Positions 1 through 9,031 of a DNA stretch of 64,000 bases are shown here, piece by piece. Origin of the DNA: an uncultured Methanosarcinales archaeon (GTDB lineage: Archaea; Nanobdellota; Nanobdellia; Woesearchaeales; GCA-2686295). Made by a program: the position numbers and the translations under genes. Under the pieces are notes generated by a model. The model saw only the letters and a list, made by a program, of their open reading frames with translations. It was not told the origin of the DNA and made no database searches. The DNA is taken from the NCBI GenBank assembly GCA_964402995.1, contig CAYOEA010000002.1, forward strand, positions 36,558 to 100,557, read 5' to 3'. Position 1 is the first letter of the stretch. Every line of letters begins with the position of its first letter.

Positions 1-249
1 CAAAGAACAACAGATAGTTTTTTTTATGGCCCATATCAAGTTAATTCATATCAAACAGTTCTAAAAAATGCAATTATAACAATAATAGCTATAATTATGG
101 GCTTAATCATATTAAATGAAATTCTAGCAAATAGAATGATGATTAATGAATATACAATAATCCCAGCCATCATAGTAATAACCTTTGTTATATGGAGATG
201 GTATAATGTTTTCAAAGCAATAGAAATTGAGAAAAAATTAAACGATTAA
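1..249 (+). CDS. 3' end of an upstream gene (partial), hydrophobic C-terminal segment
   Basis: The frame containing pos 97 is open from base 1 to TAA at 247-249 (…IIAIIMGLIILNEILANRMMINEYTIIPAIIVITFVIWRWYNVFKAIEIEKKLND*). It is not in the ORF track because the start lies outside the window. Confidence 0.35.
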   Translation, partial: QRTTDSFFYGPYQVNSYQTVLKNAIITIIAIIMGLIILNEILANRMMINEYTIIPAIIVITFVIWRWYNVFKAIEIEKKLND

Positions 250-290
250 AATTAGAAAAGTATTAATACATAAAATTAAGGACTAAGAAT

Positions 291-497
291 ATGGCGAAAA
301 AAGTAATATCACTAGCAGCAATGGAAAAGATAATGAAAAAGACAGGGGCTAAAAGAGTATCGGAAGATGCAAAAGAAGCTTTACGAGACATATTAGAGAA
401 CTATGCAGAAGAATTATCTGAACGAGCATTAAAGTTAGCATTTCATACTGGAAGAAAAACAATTAAATCAGAAGATATAAAATTAGCTTCGAAATAA
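291..497 (+). CDS. archaeal histone (HMf-like histone fold)
   Basis: 68 aa. KRVSEDAKEALRDILENYAEELSERALKLAFHTGRKTIKSEDIKLA matches the archaeal HMfA/B pattern (RVSDDA…LAKHAGRKTIKAEDIELA). Confidence 0.85.
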   Translation: MAKKVISLAAMEKIMKKTGAKRVSEDAKEALRDILENYAEELSERALKLAFHTGRKTIKSEDIKLASK

Positions 498-529
498 TTT
501 CTAAACAATTTTTGAAATTAACTAGTCTT

Positions 530-1477
530 TTAAAGTTTAATTCGCATCAAATCATAAGAACATTCTGCATTTGTAAAGAAATCTTTAATACTTGATTCTA
601 GAACTGATATATCTTTATAACGCTGAGAAAAGTGTGTTATGATTAAACGTTTGACTTCTGCATTTGTCGCAATTAAACCCGCATCAGCAGTTGTTAAATG
701 CTTATATTTTGCAGCATTCTCACTCATATCAGGAAGATAAACAGATTCAGAAATTAAAAGATCAGAGTTCTTTGCTAAATCTATTGCATTCTTATTTGGA
801 ATAGTATCAAACACAAAAGTTATTTTTCTACCTTTTTTTATAAAAGAAACATCGTCAGGCTCAATTAATTTACCATTGATAGTTACGGAGTTTCCATTTT
901 GAATTTCTCTCATAATAGGACCTTGAGTTAAACCTACTTCTTTTGCTTTTGCAAGTTTTATTTTTCTTTTATCCTTTTCTACAAATGAATAAGCCACACA
1001 AGAAGTTGTATGTTGCATGTTTGCTGCTTGAATATAATAATCATCAGTTTCTTTGATTGTTGTGAGTTCTTCTGGATCAAGTTCAGTAATTCTTAAATCT
1101 AAGTTCTCTTGCTCAAAAATTACAGAATCTAAAAGATGTTGAATGCTTTTTTTAGTTCCTATTGGACCATAAATTTCAATTTTTGGAGGAACATCTTTAT
1201 TTGATATTGTTTGTAAAAGACCAATTATACCGCCAACATGATCGCCATGCCAGTGAGTTATCAAAATAGTTGTAACTTTATTTCTATTAATGCCTGCAAG
1301 ATTCATTTGTCTTTGAGTTCCTTCGCCACAATCTATCAAAATGCCTTCTGACTGATATGACATGTAAATTGCTTGGACATTACGGTCCTTTGTCGGCACC
1401 ATACATGCCGTACCTAAAAAAGTTAGTTCCATTTTGTTTGATAAGAAGAGTTTGTTTATATTTGTTATTAAAAACAA
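530..1477 (-). CDS. rnz: ribonuclease Z (tRNA 3' endonuclease, metallo-beta-lactamase fold)
   Basis: HxHxDH motif ITHWHGDHVGG. MELTFLGT…P N-terminus is typical of RNase Z. The true start is probably the internal Met at ~1432 (MELTFLGTA). Confidence 0.8.
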   Translation of the reverse strand: MFLITNINKLFLSNKMELTFLGTACMVPTKDRNVQAIYMSYQSEGILIDCGEGTQRQMNLAGINRNKVTTILITHWHGDHVGGIIGLLQTISNKDVPPKIEIYGPIGTKKSIQHLLDSVIFEQENLDLRITELDPEELTTIKETDDYYIQAANMQHTTSCVAYSFVEKDKRKIKLAKAKEVGLTQGPIMREIQNGNSVTINGKLIEPDDVSFIKKGRKITFVFDTIPNKNAIDLAKNSDLLISESVYLPDMSENAAKYKHLTTADAGLIATNAEVKRLIITHFSQRYKDISVLESSIKDFFTNAECSYDLMRIKL

Positions 1478-1495
1478 AAACAGAACATATAAAAA

Positions 1496-1769
1496 CTTAC
1501 ATAAATAGAAAAATATATGAAAAAAGATATAAATGAACTTACATAAATAGAAACAGAAATAAATAAAGAGAACAAAAAATAAAACCTACATAAATAGAAT
1601 AAAATATGAAAAAAGAATAAATAATCCTACATAAATAGAAATTTAACCACAAACAATATAAACTCAAAAAAACAAACAATATAAACCAATAAACAGATCA
1701 AGAAAACTAATTCTTACATACATAGACAAACACAATAATATTTATAAAGGAATTCTTACATGAATAGAG
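1496..1769 (+). repeat. array of six ~15-bp direct repeats (CTTACATAAATAGAA consensus) with ~42-bp phasing in the divergent promoter region
   Basis: Copies at 1496, 1538, 1585, 1626, 1713 and 1755. Four are exact or near-exact (c[ct]tacataaatagaa), two are degenerate (cttacatacatagac, cttacatgaatagag). Spacings are 42, 47, 41, 87 (=2x43) and 42 bp. Confidence 0.6.
1741..1748 (+). promoter_or_regulatory. putative TATA box for the 1776 gene (leaderless or short-leader transcript)
   Basis: tttataaa lies ~28 bp upstream of ATG 1776, which is typical archaeal TATA-to-start spacing for leaderless mRNAs. Confidence 0.3.
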
Positions 1770-1775
1770 TATACT

Positions 1776-2330
1776 TTGAGAGCACGACGAGACGACAAAA
1801 AAGAGAAATATAGAGATTACAATAGAATAAGTGCTCAAAGACTCGAAAAAGATCAAGATAAACTCAAATTACAACTTCTAATTGAAACATTAACTTCAAA
1901 GTACAATATAGATCCTAAAGAACTACTTTTGGAAGTAGAAAAAGATAGTCTAATTCCAACCAGCATATTCTCAGAAAAATTAAGCACATTAGAAACAGTC
2001 GTCAAATATCTAAAAGAAAATAACGGATTAAAAAATAAAAAAATCGCAGAGCTTGTCGGAAGAGATTCAAAATCAGTATGGCAAGCATATAATTCTTCAA
2101 AGAAAAAACAAGCAGAAAAAATCATTGTGAGCGATATAAAGCACACATTCCCAATTTCTATTCTTAAAAACAAGCAGCTCAGCGTTCTAGAAAACGTCGT
2201 CGCGTATCTCAAAGAACAAGGACTGCAAAACAAAGAGATTTCTGAGTTAATTAAACGTGACCAGAGAACTATTTGGACTGTGCTAAACAGAGCTAAAAAT
2301 AAACGAGGAGGAAATGAAAACATTAGGTAA
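1776..2330 (+). CDS. small protein with two internally repeated HTH-like modules (putative DNA-binding regulator)
   Basis: Two ~55-aa repeats: …LETVVKYLKENNGLKNKKIAELVGRDSKSVWQAYN and …LENVVAYLKEQGLQNKEISELIKRDQRTIWTVLNR. These resemble sigma-70 region 4 / LuxR-type HTHs. Its stop overlaps the start of the giant gene (co-transcription likely). Confidence 0.5.
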   Translation: MRARRDDKKEKYRDYNRISAQRLEKDQDKLKLQLLIETLTSKYNIDPKELLLEVEKDSLIPTSIFSEKLSTLETVVKYLKENNGLKNKKIAELVGRDSKSVWQAYNSSKKKQAEKIIVSDIKHTFPISILKNKQLSVLENVVAYLKEQGLQNKEISELIKRDQRTIWTVLNRAKNKRGGNENIR

Positions 2331-5300
2331 TAAAATCGGACGCCTGGAAAAAGAATTCACACTCCTACATAGTTCTAAGAAGAATCTGTTAGCACAGAAA
2401 AGAAGAAAGGAAATCACCAAGAAAGATCATGATTTCCATAAAAAAATAAACAATAGTGAAAGTCACAAAAAAGCATACCATAAAGAAATTAGTGAGCAGA
2501 TAAACACTGCAAAAATAGAAAGAGAAAGAAGAAGAGAAAGCAATAAAGAAAGAGAAAGAAAACCTGCAATTATTTTGATGATTGGATTAATAGTAATCTT
2601 AAGCACATTAGTAATTGCAAACTTTGAAGGAATAACGGGGTTTGCAACATTTACCAGAGAACAAACATTAGTCATAGAAATGAATGAAAGTTATGGACCT
2701 GGACAATATGAGATTGAATTAGATCTAGAAAATGCAACCAGCCTGAGAGTTAGTGGAATAGGCACAGGAGAGGGAAGAATAAAAGTCTTGCTTGAAATGA
2801 ACGGAACAAATCTAACAGTATTAGATAGATATGTGAATGAAGAAGGAAGAAATAATTTAATTACAGGAATGGTTGTTGGAGATGAATTTACACTACTAGA
2901 AGATATGCTAGAAAATAATGCGAACGAAGAAGTAATAGAAGAAGAAAATATCACTGAAATAGTTGATAATATAGAAACTAATAATGAAACAATAGAAATT
3001 GTGGAAGAAAATAATACAAGCACAAATGCAACAACTAATGAAACAATTAATGAAAACATAAGTGCAAGTATAAATGAAAACATAACAAATAATACCAGCT
3101 CAAATATTACAGATATAAACATAACAATCCCTATTGAGCTAAATACTAGTGAAGAACTAAACATCACATTAAATGAAAGTATAAACTTGAGTTTAAACGA
3201 TACAATAGAAATAGATAATGAACTAAATATTACATTAAATGAAAGTAACAATGAGTCTACAAACATAAGTACAAATGTGACGAGTAACACCACAAGCAAG
3301 GTTACAACCAATGTAACGACTAATACTAGTATGAATTTGACAGTTAATGCTACGACTAATATTACAAGTAATATTACAAGCAATTTAACAAGCAATATAA
3401 GTGCAAACATAAGTGAAAATATAACTAGTAATGCAAGCTCAAATATTACAGACATAAACATAACAATCCCTATTGAGCTAAATACTAGTGAAGAACTAAA
3501 CATTACATTAAATGAAAGTATAATTGAAGAACTAAAAACGATATTTGAAGATGAATGTTTAGAAACATGTGTTGCAACAATATCCAATGCTAAACTAATA
3601 ATCATAGTTGAAGACATGGACTTTACATTAACTCAGATTGTTTATACTAAAAAAATAGATAACAAACCCCCAGTACAAACTAAAAACTTAGAAAACATAA
3701 GCTTCTACAAAGAATATGAAATAAATGCAAGCGAATATTTTGCAGACCCTGACGGAGATGAACTAATCTATGATGTAAAAAGATTAGATGATATAAGAAC
3801 AGTAATTATTGGAAATAGAATAATCTTTAGAACAAATACTACTGGAACATACGAAACTTATGTCTACGCAACAGATGGAGGAAGTTTAGTTAAGAGTAAT
3901 ACATTTACAATTAGAACTGGACTAGAAGAAAATGTGAGTTTAGTGACAGAAAAATCAATAAAAGAAAATGTAACTCAACTACAAGCAGAAATTGGTAAAC
4001 CAGTTAAATGGATTAAAACAGTACAATTAGATAATATTACAGACACAATAATTAACTTACCTGAAAGTTCAAGAAATATAATTGTAAAAGACAACAACAA
4101 CAAACAAGTAAAAGAAGAAAAAATTAGTGTTGTAGAAAATAAAACAAGAAGAACATTAATAGAATATGAAGTAGATAAAGAAATTGAATTAATCAAAAAG
4201 AAAATAGAAAAAGCAGATAAGAAAGATAATTCAAAAGAATCAGGAAAACTAAAATCAAGTCTCATCAAACTAAAAGTAAAAAAACAAGAAATAGTTAGTG
4301 GACAAAAACTAACAGATAAAGGAGAAGAAACTACAGGATCAAAAATACTAAATAGCATCAGAACAACTGTTGCAAACTCAGACTTAACTGGAAGAATAAT
4401 ACAAGAAATACCAGATGCAAAACTAGATCCAAGCATAAAACCAATTGAAGAAGCAACTATTATTCCAGAAGATAAAATAATCGTGATTGAAGATGAACTT
4501 CTTGAAGAAAACATTGTTGAAATTGTAGAAGAAATTATCGAAACAAATGAAACAATAGTAATTGAAGAAAATGTTAAAGAAATAGTAAATGAAACTGTAG
4601 AAAAAATTACTGATATAATTGAAGTAATAGAAGAAGAAAATATTACAACGATTAATTCAACAATTGATGTTGAACTAAATAGCACTTCAGAAATAAAAAT
4701 TATTGAAGAAGAAAATAATACATTTCTAACAAATATTACAGAAACAAATAACACAACAAGAAACGCAACAATCCAAATAGAAAATAATACGAAAGAAATT
4801 ATTGAAGAAATAATTAATGAAACTAATAAAACAAATGAAACTATAATAGTTGAAGAAATTATTGAAGAAGAAACGCTAATAGAAACGCCTGATATAACAC
4901 AAGAAATAATTATTAGTGAAGAAGTGATAAATGAAACTGAAGACATAATAATTGGAGAAGAAAATAATTATAATTCACCAACAAATATTGAAGAAGGAAT
5001 AGGAATTATAATTGAAGAAACAGCTGAAGAATATATCATAGAGTATGAAACGGAAGCTCCAGAAATTATAGAAGAAGAAATTAATGAATATAAGAAGAGA
5101 GTTACAATTAGTTCCACATTACACTACACAGAAATCTTATCCTACACAAACATAACACCATCACCAAAAGAAAGCATAGGATTACACTGGTTAGTAAACG
5201 GAAGCAGAATAGAAATGAAGAACATCACTTATGTGGATGCAAATGAAGATGGTCTGGTTGAAAAAATAGCATGGATCACACCACACTTATCAAACCAAAC

Positions 5301-8214
5301 ATTCGAAATTACAATCACAGTTCTGAATGTACAAAGTTACCCTCTAGTTGGAGCATATTGGACTGTTAGGTTAAATACTAGCGGACAAGCAGACTTAGAA
5401 ATTACACCATTTAACTACACCACATTCTGGCCAGAACCAAACGACTTTGGAAACTTAGAACATGACTTAGAATTTGTTAACTTTAGTTGTGGAAATACAA
5501 TGTTAAATGATCAACTATGGTTTACAACAAATGTGAGTTGTGCTGAATTAAATAATATTAGTTGTTATTATGAAAATGAGAGTAATAGAACAATTGCAAA
5601 GTATGATGAATTAATGCAAACAAATCTTTCAACTTGGATGGAATCAATAATTTTATTCAACTACACTTGTGATGAAAATGTTAGTTTATGGACTGATAGA
5701 GTAAAAACACCAGGAGCACACTATATTAACTTCACATTCGGGCCAAGCAGTGCACATGCACAAAACTGGGCTGTAAAGAGCGCCACATCTATAACCACTA
5801 ACGTCACAGTCAATATTAGAAGACCAGGCGGAACAAATGTGATTACAGGAGGTTTCATGACTCTAAGCGGCACAAGCGGGGATACAGAAGAATGGCACAA
5901 CACAACATGGACTTATGATTACTCCAAAGACTGCCAAGAAGAAGGAGACTATGAATTATATGTAGAAGTACTAAGTGAAGGAAATTCAGAAACTCAAAAA
6001 GACATAAGTGGACTTTCAGAAGCAATAACTATGTGGGTCGATCAATGTACAATTGCAGGACTTGGATATGCAGATTGTAGAGTTCATGTATCAAGTAAAA
6101 ACACGAATGCAGACAAAGACTTTGGTACAAGACTAGATTTAATGAATAGTAATTGTAATATCACAAGTGTAACGCACGAAGGATCAGAGTACCATACAAC
6201 AGAAGGACTAAATAGTTGTACTGGTGGAGAATGTGGAACTTGGATAGAAATATACCATGACGTTGGAACAAGCGACAATACAGACGATACTTACTTCGAT
6301 ATAAGATGTGATGATGGAGCTGATGATAACACTCCAATGATGATGGATTTAGCAGAAACATGCGGACCTTCAAGTTGTGGAGAAGCAACAGTAGGACTTG
6401 GAGGATATGATGATTGTTCAAATCCAACATGTACAGATGGGTACACTTACATTGGAGATGATAGTGTAGAATCACTTGGAGGATTCACACTCATAACTTA
6501 TGAAATAGGAATCTTAGATACATGGGATTGGAATACTGTAACAACATACAATATAGATTGGGACTCAAGTCAAGAAGATTGTGACTGTTACAAAGGAGTA
6601 GGATATTGGAATATTGGTGGAGATGTAGTAACTTGTTGTGAAGATGATGGAAGTGAAAATAAAACAACAAGAAATGTAGATGAAAGTACAATAGATAATG
6701 GATATACAGATAATACAAGCGATGATGGATGTTGTGATACAAATGATAAATGTGTAGATACAAGTATTTGTTATATATCAGGCGATGTTAGCACAGACAT
6801 AGATAGTGATGGAGATGAAGATTATTGTAATGCTGGAACATGGTTTGATTGTAATACAGACTCAGAATGTGCAATAGGAATATTCTGTAATGCAACTAAT
6901 GATTGTGAAGTATCATACATAAACTTAAGTTATGAATTACCAACACCAACAACAAATACAATTCAAATTAACAATCAACAAATAATTAATGTAAGTGTTA
7001 GTTCATATGGAAGCACAGTAGACTCATGTACGCTAGAATGGAATGGTATAAATGAATCAATGGGGAAAATCGGAAGCGGAACAGAAGTAAGTTGCAATAT
7101 TACAAAAACAACTATTGATGGAACAACTTATAATTACAAAGTCTTTGCAAATAATTCAGTTGGAATAATAAATAATACTGCTCTAAGAAGTTTCACAGAG
7201 AATAGTTTACCAACAATAACTTACCATAACATAACACCTGTTGCACCAGATACAACTGATGACTTAAATTGTTCATTTACACTTATAGATTCAGAAAATA
7301 ATAGTTTAATTGCATATTATCAATGGTATAATGGTACAAATCAAACATTATCAGGATCAGTTCCAGTAACAAGTGGAATCATAGGCTCAACAATCCTAAG
7401 CGCAGAAAATACAAACAAAGATGAAAACTGGACTTGTGAAATAACACCTTATGACAACTATGAAAATGGAACTGCAAGTAATATATCTAGAATCATAAAT
7501 AATAGTGTCGCATCGGTAACATTGTTAACGCCTACTGATGGACAAACATTAATAGAATATACTAATAGAACACCAAGACTTACTTGGACTGCAAGCGATC
7601 CAGACGGAGATAATATGAGTTACACTATATGGATATCTGAACAATCAGACTTTAGTACAATTAATCAAACAACAAGCGGAATTTCAGATATAAAATATAC
7701 TATGAATGATCTTAAAGTGGACACAATATATTATTGGATAGTTGAAGCATTTGATGGAGTTTCAAGAGTAAATGCCACTTCCGAGTTCAACTTCACAATA
7801 CAAAGTTACGAATCAATAACATTTGTAGTTGATACAGTAAACTTCCCTGAATTAGAAATTGGAGAAACAAACGATACAGACACAGATGCAATCACACCAT
7901 TTAAGATTAGAAATACAGGAAACGTTTTTGTGAACTTAAGCATAAATGCAAGTGAACTATGGGATGGTGCGAGTGCAGCCATACCAAGTGTATACTATAG
8001 ATTTAAGGCCGATGAAGTAAGTGGTGAAGAAGGAGCATTTACAACCGGAAGCAGCACTATGAGTTGGACTAACATGGTTTCAACAGCCACATCGTTCATT
8101 AAAGACTTGAACTTTGACTATGATACAGATGAAGCAGAAATTGATCTTTATCTGACAGTACCTCCACATGAAATTGCAGGTCAGAAAAATTCAACAATAA
8201 GTATAAGCACATAG
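2314..8214 (+). CDS. giant (1966 aa) membrane-anchored surface protein with a sequon-dense stalk, Ig/PKD-like domains and Cys/Asp-rich modules
   Basis: The N-terminus is basic, followed by a TM/signal-anchor PAIILMIGLIVILSTLVIANF. A long run of N-x-S/T sequons follows (NITSNITSNLTSNISANISENITSNASSNITDINIT…). Later segments include DPDGDELIYDV and TWTASDPDGDNMSYTIWI (PKD/FN3-like). Aa ~1230-1530 is a Cys- and Asp-rich block (CEDDGSENK…CCDTNDKC…). Confidence 0.8.
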   Translation: MKTLGNKIGRLEKEFTLLHSSKKNLLAQKRRKEITKKDHDFHKKINNSESHKKAYHKEISEQINTAKIERERRRESNKERERKPAIILMIGLIVILSTLVIANFEGITGFATFTREQTLVIEMNESYGPGQYEIELDLENATSLRVSGIGTGEGRIKVLLEMNGTNLTVLDRYVNEEGRNNLITGMVVGDEFTLLEDMLENNANEEVIEEENITEIVDNIETNNETIEIVEENNTSTNATTNETINENISASINENITNNTSSNITDINITIPIELNTSEELNITLNESINLSLNDTIEIDNELNITLNESNNESTNISTNVTSNTTSKVTTNVTTNTSMNLTVNATTNITSNITSNLTSNISANISENITSNASSNITDINITIPIELNTSEELNITLNESIIEELKTIFEDECLETCVATISNAKLIIIVEDMDFTLTQIVYTKKIDNKPPVQTKNLENISFYKEYEINASEYFADPDGDELIYDVKRLDDIRTVIIGNRIIFRTNTTGTYETYVYATDGGSLVKSNTFTIRTGLEENVSLVTEKSIKENVTQLQAEIGKPVKWIKTVQLDNITDTIINLPESSRNIIVKDNNNKQVKEEKISVVENKTRRTLIEYEVDKEIELIKKKIEKADKKDNSKESGKLKSSLIKLKVKKQEIVSGQKLTDKGEETTGSKILNSIRTTVANSDLTGRIIQEIPDAKLDPSIKPIEEATIIPEDKIIVIEDELLEENIVEIVEEIIETNETIVIEENVKEIVNETVEKITDIIEVIEEENITTINSTIDVELNSTSEIKIIEEENNTFLTNITETNNTTRNATIQIENNTKEIIEEIINETNKTNETIIVEEIIEEETLIETPDITQEIIISEEVINETEDIIIGEENNYNSPTNIEEGIGIIIEETAEEYIIEYETEAPEIIEEEINEYKKRVTISSTLHYTEILSYTNITPSPKESIGLHWLVNGSRIEMKNITYVDANEDGLVEKIAWITPHLSNQTFEITITVLNVQSYPLVGAYWTVRLNTSGQADLEITPFNYTTFWPEPNDFGNLEHDLEFVNFSCGNTMLNDQLWFTTNVSCAELNNISCYYENESNRTIAKYDELMQTNLSTWMESIILFNYTCDENVSLWTDRVKTPGAHYINFTFGPSSAHAQNWAVKSATSITTNVTVNIRRPGGTNVITGGFMTLSGTSGDTEEWHNTTWTYDYSKDCQEEGDYELYVEVLSEGNSETQKDISGLSEAITMWVDQCTIAGLGYADCRVHVSSKNTNADKDFGTRLDLMNSNCNITSVTHEGSEYHTTEGLNSCTGGECGTWIEIYHDVGTSDNTDDTYFDIRCDDGADDNTPMMMDLAETCGPSSCGEATVGLGGYDDCSNPTCTDGYTYIGDDSVESLGGFTLITYEIGILDTWDWNTVTTYNIDWDSSQEDCDCYKGVGYWNIGGDVVTCCEDDGSENKTTRNVDESTIDNGYTDNTSDDGCCDTNDKCVDTSICYISGDVSTDIDSDGDEDYCNAGTWFDCNTDSECAIGIFCNATNDCEVSYINLSYELPTPTTNTIQINNQQIINVSVSSYGSTVDSCTLEWNGINESMGKIGSGTEVSCNITKTTIDGTTYNYKVFANNSVGIINNTALRSFTENSLPTITYHNITPVAPDTTDDLNCSFTLIDSENNSLIAYYQWYNGTNQTLSGSVPVTSGIIGSTILSAENTNKDENWTCEITPYDNYENGTASNISRIINNSVASVTLLTPTDGQTLIEYTNRTPRLTWTASDPDGDNMSYTIWISEQSDFSTINQTTSGISDIKYTMNDLKVDTIYYWIVEAFDGVSRVNATSEFNFTIQSYESITFVVDTVNFPELEIGETNDTDTDAITPFKIRNTGNVFVNLSINASELWDGASAAIPSVYYRFKADEVSGEEGAFTTGSSTMSWTNMVSTATSFIKDLNFDYDTDEAEIDLYLTVPPHEIAGQKNSTISIST

Positions 8215-8235
8215 ATTTAAAGTCAATAATTAATC

Positions 8236-8243
8236 TTTTTTTT
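8236..8243 (+). terminator. T-rich tract (T8) downstream of the giant gene, putative archaeal terminator
   Basis: cttttttttc lies immediately 3' of the stop at 8214. Confidence 0.3.
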
Positions 8244-8292
8244 CATTAAATTAAATATATTTAAAAAAGAATTCAAATTAATAAAAATTAAA

Positions 8293-8955
8293 ATGGTAAC
8301 TAAAAAAGCAGATAAAAAAATTACTGAAATTAAAATAAAAGTTAAAAAGAGCTCTGCTGCTGTAAACAAAGTTATTGTTAAAAGAATTATTAAGATAGAA
8401 AAAGTAAAAACTAATGGTACAAAAGAAGATAAACTTCCAAGAACAGTATTCGCACAAGAAAGAGTTTTAATGGAAGATTGTGATGAAGCTAGAGAACTAT
8501 ACAATAAAGGCGTTTATGGAAAAGTACTAAGTGATAAACAACTTCAATTATCATTACAAGAGGCATTATATTTACTTGATAAAAATAAAATTGTGATTAG
8601 TGATGGAAGGAAGAAAAGTTTAACATTTGAAGAATTCTTAAAAAAAGCAACTAAAAAAGAACCAAATTTCTGGATAAGATTCTGTGTCTACAAAGATATG
8701 AGAAGTAGAGGCTACATAGTCAAAACAGCACTTAAATTTGGAGCTGACTTTAGAATCTATGATAGAGGAATTAAACCTGGTGAAGACCATGCAAGATGGA
8801 TAGTATATCCTGTACATGAAGGAAGCACACTAACATGGTATGATTTCGCTGCTAAAAATAGAGTTGCGCACTCAACAAAAAAAAGATTAATGATGGGTGT
8901 TGTAGACGACGAAGGAGATGTAACTTACTGGGAAATCAAGTGGATGAGACCATAA
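8293..8955 (+). CDS. endA: tRNA-splicing endonuclease (EndA) with a lysine-rich N-terminal extension
   Basis: The C-terminal catalytic domain pattern RGYIVKTALKFGADFRIY…GEDHARWIVYPV…KKRLMMGVVDDEGDVTYWEIKW matches the EndA Tyr/His/Lys region. The N-terminal ~50 aa are K-rich. Confidence 0.7.
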   Translation: MVTKKADKKITEIKIKVKKSSAAVNKVIVKRIIKIEKVKTNGTKEDKLPRTVFAQERVLMEDCDEARELYNKGVYGKVLSDKQLQLSLQEALYLLDKNKIVISDGRKKSLTFEEFLKKATKKEPNFWIRFCVYKDMRSRGYIVKTALKFGADFRIYDRGIKPGEDHARWIVYPVHEGSTLTWYDFAAKNRVAHSTKKRLMMGVVDDEGDVTYWEIKWMRP

Positions 8956-9031
8956 GTTACAGATAAAATTCTATCTTTTAAAAAAATGAAAAAATCGTAT
9001 TTAGTCTTAAATCTCTCAAAAGATTTAAAAA

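Noticed and set aside
1496-1769. Considered whether the 6-copy repeat array is a mini CRISPR array
   Set aside because: The repeat unit is only ~15 bp and degenerate in two copies. Spacers are A-rich low complexity of variable length (26-72 bp). No cas genes are nearby. Phasing at ~42 bp fits protein-binding-site spacing better.
1853-2323. 156-aa minus-strand ORF overlapping the duplicated-HTH gene
   Set aside because: Antisense to an ORF with clear internal repeat structure and an HTH-like pattern. Its own translation is low-complexity (LFLALFSTVQIVLWS…). No upstream promoter context.
2691-4946. Long minus-strand ORFs (2691..3617, 3975..4946, plus 2463..2675) antisense to the giant surface gene
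   Set aside because: The translations are pure hydrophobic/Ser-rich low complexity (SSSLVFSSIGIVMF…). These are shadow ORFs created by the AT-rich, repeat-rich sense strand. The plus-strand frame is continuous for 1966 codons with recognisable domains.
8223-8504. 93-aa minus-strand ORF overlapping the endA start
   Set aside because: Hydrophobic low-complexity translation, antisense to the K-rich N-terminus of EndA. It sits in the intergenic/promoter zone of a clearly plus-strand gene.
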